In this document: positions 21,074 to 30,100 of the stretch, in pieces | Layout of the letters: the number at the start of each line of letters is the position of its first letter | How positions within the stretch are numbered: the first letter of the stretch is position 1 | Program-made: the position numbers and the translations under genes | Source of the DNA: an uncultured Gemmatimonadales bacterium | Lineage (GTDB): Bacteria; Gemmatimonadota; Gemmatimonadetes; Gemmatimonadales; GWC2-71-9 | DNA length: 64,000 nt | Direction: 5' to 3' | Assembly (NCBI GenBank): GCA_963748815.1 | Contig: CAVVKJ010000009.1 | Span: 64,001 to 128,000 of the forward strand | The notes under the pieces: model-generated | Seen by the model: only the letters and a program-made list of their open reading frames with translations | Told to the model about the DNA's origin: nothing | The model's database searches: none

Positions 21074-23005
21074 CTACTCGCGCCGCGCGTCGCCTTCGAG
21101 GTAGGTGTACCCCTCGAGCCCCGCCACGTAGTCCGCAATGAACGAATTCGCCTCGGCCCGGGAGAGATCCCGGGCCGCGGTCACTTTCCGGCGCCACGTC
21201 GCGAGCAGGTCGGAGGCGTGGAACTGGACGTAGTTGAGGACCTCGGTGACGGTGTCCCCGTGCACGAGGTCGGTCACCTGGTACCCCTGGGGCGTCAGGC
21301 GGACGTGCACCGCGTTGGTGTCGCCGAAGAGGTTGTGGAGGTCGCCCAGGATCTCCTGGTAGGCCCCGGTCAGGAAGAACCCGAGCACATAGGCGTCGCC
21401 GTCGGCGCAGGCGTGGAGCTCGAGCGACGGCTTCCCCTTGCGGCCCCCGGCGAACCGGTCGATCACCCCGTCGGAGTCGCAGGTGATGTCCTGCACCGTG
21501 CCCCGGCGCGTCGGGCGCTCGTTGAGCCGGTGGATCGGCATGATGGGGAAGAGCTGGTCGATGGCCCAGTTGTCCGGCAGCGACTGGAACACCGAGAAGT
21601 TGGAGAAGTACCGGTCCACGAGCGTCGCGTCGATGTGGGCCGTGATTTCGGGATGGGACGTCCGGTCGTCGCCCAGCAGCTGCTGCATGGCCGTGAGCGT
21701 GCAGAGGTACAGCTGCTCGGCGTCGGCCTTGTCACGGAGCGTGAAGACCCCGCTGGCGAAGTACTCGTTGGTCCGTTCCTTGGCAAAAATGACGTCGTGG
21801 AACGCCTCGTCGAGGCGCTCCATGCTCAGGCCCTCGAGATTCTCCGACATTTCCCGGAGCAGAGCGTGGGGCTCCTCGCCGAGCACCGGCGCCACCGGCT
21901 CCACCTGGCTCTCAACGTCGATCACGTTCACCAGCAGCAGCGAATGGTGCGCGGTGAGCGCCCGTCCCGACTCCGAAATCAGGTGGGGCATCGGCAGCTC
22001 CCGCTCGCGGCAGGCGGTGCCGATGGTGTACACGACGTCGCTTGCGTACTCCCGCATGGTGTAGTTGACGCTGGCGGGCCGGGTCGAACGCGACCCGTCG
22101 TAGTCCACGCCGAGGCCGCCGCCGACGTCCACGTGCGTGAGCTGGAAGCCCATCGCGTGGATTTCGCCGTAGTACCGGGTGATCTCCTCCAGCCCGGCCT
22201 TCACGTGCCGGATGTCGGTGATCTGGCTGCCGAGATGGAAGTGCACCAGCCGGAGGAGATCCTTCCGCCCGAGCCGGTCCAGCTTGGTCAGCAGCCGCAT
22301 GAGCTCCACGGCGCTCAGCCCGAACTTGGACTTCTCCCCGCCGCTCTTGGCCCAGCGCCCCGACCCCTCGGTGGCGAGCTTGATCCGGACGCCGAGCGTC
22401 GGCACGATCCCCATCTCGTCGGCCACCGACAGCAGCAGGTCCAGCTCGTGGAGCTGCTCTACCACGATGAACACCTGGTGGCCCAGGCGCTGGCCCATGA
22501 GAGCCAGCCGGATGAACTCCTCGTCCTTGTAGCCGTTGCAGACGATCACGTGCTGCGTGCTCTCGTGCAGGCCGAGGACGGCCTGCAGCTCCGGCTTGCT
22601 GCCGCACTCGAGGCCGACGCCGTGCGCGGCGCCGAACTCCACGATTTCCTGCACCACGTGGCGCTGCTGGTTGACCTTGATCGGATAGACGGTGGTGTAG
22701 GAGCCCTCGTACCCGAACTCGCTGATGGCCTTGCTGAACACCTCGGCCAGCTGGGAGATGCGCGCCCGGAGGATGTCCGAGAAGCGGAGGAGGAGCGGAA
22801 GCCCGACACCCTGCGCCTGCAGGTCCATGGCCAGCTGGTACAGGTCAAGGCCGCGCGCCGGGTCGCCATCGGCGTGCACCGTGACGTGGCCCTCGTCGTT
22901 CGTGCGGAAGAAGCCCAGGCCCCAGCCCGGCATGTTGTAGAGCTTCTCGGCGTCCCGGGACGTCCAGGCGGCCGGCGGCGCGCTCGGCGGCGTGACGGTC
23001 GTGAT
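21074..23005 (-). CDS. speA: biosynthetic arginine decarboxylase (probable non-canonical ATC start)
   Basis: YPIKVNQ, CNGYKD, HFHLGSQI, DVGGGLGVDYDG, TCDSDG and GAYQEILG. The N-terminal WTSRDAEKLY lies upstream of the first ATG (22933). Confidence 0.93.
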   Translation of the reverse strand: MTTVTPPSAPPAAWTSRDAEKLYNMPGWGLGFFRTNDEGHVTVHADGDPARGLDLYQLAMDLQAQGVGLPLLLRFSDILRARISQLAEVFSKAISEFGYEGSYTTVYPIKVNQQRHVVQEIVEFGAAHGVGLECGSKPELQAVLGLHESTQHVIVCNGYKDEEFIRLALMGQRLGHQVFIVVEQLHELDLLLSVADEMGIVPTLGVRIKLATEGSGRWAKSGGEKSKFGLSAVELMRLLTKLDRLGRKDLLRLVHFHLGSQITDIRHVKAGLEEITRYYGEIHAMGFQLTHVDVGGGLGVDYDGSRSTRPASVNYTMREYASDVVYTIGTACRERELPMPHLISESGRALTAHHSLLLVNVIDVESQVEPVAPVLGEEPHALLREMSENLEGLSMERLDEAFHDVIFAKERTNEYFASGVFTLRDKADAEQLYLCTLTAMQQLLGDDRTSHPEITAHIDATLVDRYFSNFSVFQSLPDNWAIDQLFPIMPIHRLNERPTRRGTVQDITCDSDGVIDRFAGGRKGKPSLELHACADGDAYVLGFFLTGAYQEILGDLHNLFGDTNAVHVRLTPQGYQVTDLVHGDTVTEVLNYVQFHASDLLATWRRKVTAARDLSRAEANSFIADYVAGLEGYTYLEGDARRE

Positions 23006-23153
23006 CGCGGTGCTCCTGCTGAGGAATCGGCCTCAATGTTAACGCCCACGGCCTCCCCCCGAAAGAACCGCCCCCCGGCGAGTTTCCGGACGCCTCGCGC
23101 CGAGGGGCCGACCGGGCGAGATTTCAGCGTCACGTCACATTCGGGGAGCAGGC

Positions 23154-24294
23154 ATGCAGTGGTCGTTCCGTATCGGACGGGTCGGCGGCACCGACATCAA
23201 GGTCCACATCACCTTCCTCGCGCTGGTCGCGTGGTGGGGATACTCGGCCTACGCCGACGGTGGGCGGACGGCCGCGGTCCAGGCGGTCGTCTTTCTCCTC
23301 GCGCCTCTTCGCCTGCGTGCTGCTCCACGAATTCGGCCACATCCTGATGGCGCGCCACTACGGCGTCCGGACCCCCGACGTCATCCTCCTCCCCATCGGC
23401 GGCCTGGCACGCCTCGAGCGGATGCCGGAGGAGCCGCGACAGGAGCTGCTGATCGCCGCGGCGGGCCCCGCCGTGACACTCGTCATCGCGCTGACGCTCT
23501 TCGGTGCGCTGCAACTGACCGGGGCGCCCCTCGATTCCGAGCAGCTCGACCCGACGCGTTCCGGCCTCCTGCAGCAGATCATGTGGATCAACGTGGCCCT
23601 CCTCCTCTTCAACCTCCTCCCGATCTTCCCGATGGACGGCGGCCGGATGCTCCGTGCGCTCCTCGCCATGCGCATGGGCCTGCAGCGGGCCACGCGTCTG
23701 GCCGCCCGCGTGGGGCAGCTCGGCGCCATTGGGCTGGGGCTCTGGGGGCTGGGGTTCTTCTCGCGCTGGGGGTACGGCCCGAACATCGTGCTCGTGCTGA
23801 TCGCGGTGTTCATCTATCTCGCCGCCGGGGCCGAGGGGGCCGCGGTGGAGACCAGGACGGCGGGACGTGGCCTGACGGTGCGGGAACTGATGATCACGCA
23901 GTTCGTCGCCCTGCCGATCTACGCCACCCTGCAGCAGGCGGTGGACGCCCTTCTCGCCGGGGAACAGAGCGAATTCCCGATCATGGACAACTGGGGAAAG
24001 GTGGAGGGAATCCTGACCCGCGACGGACTCATCCGGGGACTCTCCCAACTGGGCGTCGGCGCCACCGTCGAACGGGCCATGAGCACCGGCTTCGCGTCGG
24101 TCCCCGTCGAGCTCCCCTTCGAGGCGGCGATCGAACGGCTGGTCCAGAGCGGGCTGCCGGCGCTCCCCGTCGTCGACGACCGCGGGGCGCTGGTGGGTCT
24201 CCTGACGGGGGACAACGTGAAGGACGTGCTGCTGGTGCGGCAGGCGGGGGTGCAGTTTCCGGCCCGTGCGCATCATCCGCCCCGTCTCGAATGA
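23154..24294 (+). CDS. site-2 (M50) protease with CBS pair (one extra base near 23304)
   Basis: HEFGH, LLPIGG, AAAGP and NLLPIFPMDGGR, then two CBS domains; the N-terminus is in another frame. Confidence 0.88.
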
Positions 24295-24763
24295 GCACCG
24301 GTGCGGCGATGCCTTCCAAACCGCCTGCTGGGCTGCCGTCGTCCTCCGGGTGGCCTTCGAGCGGCTGACCCAGAACGGCGCCATCATCACCGCGCTCCGG
24401 CCCGTGCTGGTGGCCGAGCAGCTCGGGCCGGTCCCGACCACGACTCCCGTCGCCAGCCGGGAGTCAAACGAGTTGGCGGAGGCTGTCGTCCAGACGCTTC
24501 GGCGCGACTAGCTCGATGGGGCCGATCTGACCGCGCCGGCCGTCCTCCAGGCCTCGCGGACTATCATACCGAGGAGGCCCCGCACTCGGGCCTTCAGATA
24601 CTCAGCCCCGTCGCCTGTCGGCAGGCCCAGGTGGTAGCCAGGCAAGAGGCATCCTAGGCCGGCGGCTGTCTCGCCAACCGGGGGTCAGATCACATCTGGG
24701 GACTCGGGCGTGAGGGTTACGACCAGTGCCCGGCGTGCGCTGTCACTGTTGGGAGGACTTCTC

Positions 24764-25468
24764 CTAATACCCAGCCCGATCGGCATCACGGAGAAGTGGG
24801 CCAATAATTGTGTCAAATGCCCGCCGCTGGTCTCCCTTGAGAAGCCGCTGCATGAGGCGCAGTTCGGCGATCCCTGCCTGGTACCAGAGCGGCGCGTCCA
24901 CCTGAGCACCGAGGCGCCTCCAGGTCGTGAGTTGCCCTCCGACTGCTTCGAGGGTCGCACCCGTGAGGCACGCTTGGCGCAGGAGGGATTCTTGTTGATC
25001 CGAGGTAAGCTCGGCGCTCAGGGCTGCCAAGATCTCGGTCCGGCGCTCGTCCTGCGTCGGGTAGTCGAAGGCCCATAGAATCAAGTCTGCCGGCCCGCCA
25101 AGCCTCCGATATATCTCAGCTGCGGACATCGCGACCCACGCACCGAACTCCAGGGGATCGGTAATCATTGCCGCGAGAGTATTCGCCAAGGCCAGGGAAT
25201 CTGCCTGCCACACGCTATCAAGCTGCTGCCACGACGGTCCGCGGGCCGGATCCTCCCTGAGTATCAACGGCTCGAACATCTTCACGATCGTCGAATCGGC
25301 CTCCAGACGGACTCCCGGAGCGATGTCCTCCCTTGTGCGCGCCGGTAGCACCGCGACACATTGGCTGACGACGGACTGGGCTGCGGCCGCGCCGGGCAGA
25401 CCAGACCACAGCAACAGGAGGAAACGCAGGCGGAAGTGGCGTCGTGGCAAGAGGGTCTCTCCGGTCAT
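24764..25468 (-). CDS. putative immunity protein 2 (signal peptide), partner of the orphan Rhs toxin
   Basis: TGATG overlap with the orphan toxin stop; signal ending AAAA-Q; clearly homologous to 26415..27167. Confidence 0.7.
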   Translation of the reverse strand: MTGETLLPRRHFRLRFLLLLWSGLPGAAAAQSVVSQCVAVLPARTREDIAPGVRLEADSTIVKMFEPLILREDPARGPSWQQLDSVWQADSLALANTLAAMITDPLEFGAWVAMSAAEIYRRLGGPADLILWAFDYPTQDERRTEILAALSAELTSDQQESLLRQACLTGATLEAVGGQLTTWRRLGAQVDAPLWYQAGIAELRLMQRLLKGDQRRAFDTIIGPLLRDADRAGY

Positions 25469-26359
25469 CAACAATGGAGCGACGGCCCGCGGACCAGTTG
25501 ATTCGCGGCTTGGTAAGTCGCGCAGTGATAGGTAGAAGTGCCATCATATGCCGAAAGGCTATGCAGTTGTTCATGGATGGCGTAGTTGGCCAAGTATCGC
25601 CCCAACCGGGGCGCGAAGAACCGGCCGGCGTGGATCGCGGTCGGAGCACCGAAGTTGTCGCTGTCATACGGCGTGGCGGCAACTGGAAATTCGCCTGGTT
25701 TGGTCATGGTCGAGTTCACATACTTGCTGTTCTCAAACACGAGGCCACCCAGTAGACGCTTAAGAAAGCCTCCCATCGCTTGCCCCGGCGACACATGGAG
25801 TCCATTGGGAAGGGTCACCGATGGGCTCGCCCAGTTCATGCCGGTAAGGACTGCCTCGAACAGCCCCCCAGACTGGCCGAATTTCAGCGGAGACGCCCCG
25901 CCACACACCACGCCGAATACCCCGCCCCCGGCCAAAACGCCCCCCCCCCCGACAGAACCCCGCGACACGCCCCACCCACAGGTCGCACACTGCGCCCGAG
26001 GCACGCGCCCATTCCATCGGCGCCGCCGCCCCCCGCTGCCCATAGCTCGCCCCGCCGGTGAGTGGACGGAGCTCCCCGCCCCCACCGAAGCAGATATCCA
26101 CGCCCAGGCACAAGTCGTCCCAGCTGAGATATGCCCAGGTCGCATCCTTGACCAGCCCATCCGGATCCCGGGCCTGGAGCACGTCGCCGTTGATATAGGC
26201 ATAGACGTTTCCGCCCCCCGCATAGCCGATGCGGTCCTCCTGCACAAACCGCCCCACCGTGGGGTCAAAGTACCGGCTCCGGTGGAAGTAGAAGCCGGTC
26301 TCGGCGTCCCATTCCCGCCCGGTCCAGCGATACCGGGGCGGGGGCTGGGGACCGGCGCT
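25468..26359 (-). pseudogene. orphan Rhs core plus C-terminal HExxH toxin cassette (no start at the core's 5' edge, frameshift at or near the C11 run 25940-25950)
   Basis: SAGPQPPPRYRWTGREWDAETGFYFHRSRYFDP...DPDGL is preceded by an in-frame TGA; the tip ends ...IHEQLH...HCATYQAANQL. Confidence 0.8.
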
Positions 26360-26360
26360 G
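26034..26360. repeat. 327-bp direct repeat, copy 2 (Rhs core end plus post-cleavage segment)
   Basis: Colinear with 27702-28028 with no indels; the differences I checked are largely synonymous. Confidence 0.9.
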
Positions 26361-26414
26361 CGTCAGCATCGACCGGACCGGTCGGTGCCGTCCGTCGTTG
26401 GAGGCCCCAGAACC

Positions 26415-27167
26415 TCACCGGCTTGGGGGTGCTAGCCATTTCACAAGTGCTTCTTCGGCCCGGCCCAGAGTTGGTCCGAGAATGCGATCGAACTGCACGA
26501 GCAACTCCCCCGAGAGGAGGCCCCTCATCAACTCCAACTCCTGAATCCCACTATCATACCAGCTTGGCAACCCAGCTCGACCGTCAAGTGATTTGAGCGA
26601 ACCGAGGTGGGGAGTCAAGGCGTCCACACCTATCGCCGTCCGACAGGCTACCCGGAACACCAGAACCTGTTCGAAACTCGACAGTGAATCTGGAAGCGCG
26701 ATGAGGATGTTGTAGTTGCGTGTCTCCGACTGGGGCACATCGAGGCTTGCAAGAAGCCACGTCGATGGGCCTCCGCGCCAATGGTATTCCGTCGCAGCGC
26801 CAAGGGCAGCATCGTGCGAATACTCAGATGGAGTCACAACGATCGCAGCAAGAGTGCGGACAAAGCCCTCGGGATCTGCCTTCCATGCGCTGTCGAGAAC
26901 AAGTCTCCGGCTTCTGGCGGTGGCGCTGATTGGCTCGTCGATGACTGTTGACGAAAAGATTGGCAGCACTAGGGGAAGTAACTGACGATCCGGCCATGGA
27001 TAGCGCGATGACGCGCTGTCGGATGTGCCCGCCTTGGCTATCACCTTTTTGCAATCGCATGCCATCGACTGAGCGAACGCCGCCTGTGGCCCGATGAATA
27101 TGGCGAACGTCACTGCCAAGGCCCGCGCCTCGCGCGCCCAGCCAATTCGGGCGCGTCCGACGATCAC
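26415..27167 (-). CDS. putative immunity protein 1 (signal peptide), cognate to the full-length Rhs
   Basis: GTGA overlap with the Rhs stop; hydrophobic signal ending AFA-Q; lower GC than the flanks. Confidence 0.72.
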   Translation of the reverse strand: MIVGRARIGWAREARALAVTFAIFIGPQAAFAQSMACDCKKVIAKAGTSDSASSRYPWPDRQLLPLVLPIFSSTVIDEPISATARSRRLVLDSAWKADPEGFVRTLAAIVVTPSEYSHDAALGAATEYHWRGGPSTWLLASLDVPQSETRNYNILIALPDSLSSFEQVLVFRVACRTAIGVDALTPHLGSLKSLDGRAGLPSWYDSGIQELELMRGLLSGELLVQFDRILGPTLGRAEEALVKWLAPPSR

Positions 27168-30100
27168 GGTATGCATGGGAGATAGTGGTCGGTTAGGTAA
27201 TTGGCGGTTGCGTAAACAGCGCAATGCCCAGCTTCGGTCGCAGAAGCGCCCGGGAAGAGGAAATGCAATTCTTCATGTACGAATGTGTTCGCCAGATCGT
27301 CCCGGTTTGTCCGCGCGAACACGAGGCGCTCATCCACTATCGTAACACCGAACACGGTCACCGCTCTCGTATCTGGTGAGCGGCCGCCTCCGTGGACATA
27401 CCGCGCGTTCTGGAAGATGCTGCCGCCGACCAGGCGCGCAATGAATGAGCCGACTACCGTTGACCCGAACAGGTCGCCGAATAGCAAGCTGGAGCGAGTG
27501 TTACGAGTTACCGCGTCGAGGGCTCGGTAGAAGTTCCCTCGCCCCAATGCACTCGCGCCCTCAAACATCGCTGACACTTCGGGTAGAGTCCCAGGACCGC
27601 CTATAGATTGGGCCAGCGCGGCGTAGTTTTGCTTGTACTGTTCATACATGTCGAACTTGAAACTCGACTGGGCCCCCCACTCGATGAGCGCATTGGCCAT
27701 GCGCTGCCCATAGCTGGCCCCGCCGGTCAGGGGACGGAGCTCCCCGCCCCCACCGAAGCAAATATCCACGCCCATGCACAAGTCATCCCAGCTGAGGTAC
27801 GCCCAGGTCGCGTCCTTCGTCAGCCCATCCGGATCCCGGGCCTGGAGCACATCGCCGTCGATATAGGCATAGACGTTTCCGCCCCCCGCATAGCCGATGC
27901 GGTCCTCCTGCACGAACCGCCCCACCCCCGGATCATAGTACCGGCTTCGGTGGAAGTAGAACCCCGTCTCGGCGTCCCACTCCCGCCCGGTCCAGCGGTA
28001 GCGGAGCGGGGGCTGCGGGCCGGCGCTGTCGATCAGGTTGCCGTAGGGGTCGTAGCGCAGGCTCCCGACCCACGCCCCGTCGCCTCGCCGCACCAGGGCC
28101 CGCACACTCCCCAGCGGGTCCAGCACCACCCGGTAGGTGGTGTCGCGCACCGTCACGCCCAGCAGGTTGTCCACGCCGGGACCCCAGGTGTAGATCGTCG
28201 TGAGGCCGGTATTCGCCGAGTCGGTCTCGAAGGCTACTTGGCCCCCGGCATAGACCATCCGGAGGTACCCCACCGTGCCGCCAGTGGCGCCGCTGTACAC
28301 CCGCTTGACGATCCGGCGGCCGGTCACGTCATACCCGTAGCGGGCGATCAGCACCCCGTTCTGCCGCACCCAGATGAGGCGCTCCAGCGCATCATACCCG
28401 TAGGTCCACCCCGGCACCACCTTCTGGAGGAGGTTGCCGGCATGGTCATAGTTGAGGAAGCCTCCGGACTTCCGCAGCTGGTTGGTCGTGGCGTTGAAGA
28501 GCTCGCCGCCCTGCACAAACAGGTTGTCCATCCGGTCAAAACTGTAGCTCCGGCTCACCAGGGAGTCGGGACTCCCCGCCGCCCGCGCGGCCGAGGAGCG
28601 CTGCCACCACCCGATCACCCGCTGCCAGCCGTCGTAGACCACCGAGTCCCGCAGGCTGTCGGGCGTGGCCACGGCACCCGCCTGCCGGCTCCAGAAGGGC
28701 TTGAGCATTGGGCCCAGGGAGTCCACCGCGTCCTCCCGGTCGAGCGCGAGGGCCGCCCACGTCGGGCTGCTGAACACATTCACCTGGTAGCTGGCCGCCG
28801 TGAGCGCCCCGCTCAGGTTCCAGCCCCGGCTCTCCAGGTGAATCGGCGTGCCCGCCGGCCCCCGGGTCGTGAGGCTCTGGCTCCGGCCCAGCTCGTCCAG
28901 CACCAGCGCCAGCGAGTCGCCCAGCGGCGTGAGCAGGGTGTCGGGGATGCCGCGGGCCGTCTCGTAGCGGGTCTGCCAGGTGCCGACCGCGTCGGTCCGG
29001 GTGGTCGGACGCTCCCAGGGATCATAGGTGTAAGTCTGGATGCGGGGTACCGTGCCGCTCCAGGCGGTGTCGGCCACCAGGCGCCCCCGCTGGTCGTAGC
29101 CCCAGCGGAGTTCGCCATTGATCCCGCCGATCGAGTCCACCGGATTCTCCAGCCACTGCCGCGTGCGCTGGTCCGCCGGGCCCTGGTAGGCCTTCCGCAT
29201 CGTGCCCACCGTGGGAATCACCGCCAGGGTGTCCCGGTTTCGGCTGTCATAGTGGGTCGTGATGACGTACCCCCGCCGGGTGATGGTCTTGACGACGTTG
29301 CCAGCTAGATCGTAAACGAGCGAGTCCTTCACGGTCGCACTGTCGGCCCACGGCCGCCGACTCACCACCCGGCCCAGCCGGTCCAGCCGGTAGGTGGTGG
29401 CCTTGCCCCGGGGGTCCACCCGGGCCGTGTCCCGCCCCGCGCGGTCCCGCCGGTACCCCACCGCCTGCCGGTGCAGGGAGTCGAAGCTCGCCGGCCACGA
29501 ATAACAGGGCGCCGTGCAGTTGTCGCCCCGGAACAGCACCGTCGAGTCCACCTCGTTCGCCACCGTGTACCAGGTGCGGACCTTCCGCCACTGGATCCGG
29601 GTGGCCCCGAGGCTGTCGGCGACCCGGAGCGAGCTCTCGGTCGTCGTGTCCCGCCCCTGGGCATCGTACTTCGTCCGCGACCGGAGCTGGTTGTAGGGGC
29701 CCGTCACCTCGCTTGGGTTCTGCCAGGTGCCATCATACGCGTACCGCACCGCCCCCGCTCCCGAGCGCCGGGTCGAGTCCACCCGCCCGTCGGCCCGATA
29801 CCACACGAAGCTGGAGTCGTCGGCGGGCCCCACCGTACGGATCGGGTTGCCCACCGCATCATAGGTGATCGCGGTGCTATTGTCCCGAGGATCCACCTGC
29901 CGGATGACCCGGAAGTTGGCGTTGTAGACCAGGCTGTCGAGCCGCAGCGTGTCGCTCGCCGCGCGGACCCAGAAGGTCTTCACCACCTGGCGGAGGCTGT
30001 CATACTGGGTCCAGACCCGGCTCGAGTCGGCCACCTTCCCTTCCGTCCAGACCACCCGCCCGTCCATGTGGAAGCTGGCCTGTGCGAGGAGCCCGAGCGC

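Noticed and set aside
24291..24760. Short ORFs between the M50 protease and immunity 2
   Set aside because: No clear start, RBS or recognisable motif. Possibly a gene remnant at the island boundary.
25890..28028. Diversity-generating retroelement (TR/VR pair)
   Set aside because: No reverse transcriptase or Avd in the window. Differences in the 327-bp repeat are largely synonymous and not limited to adenines.
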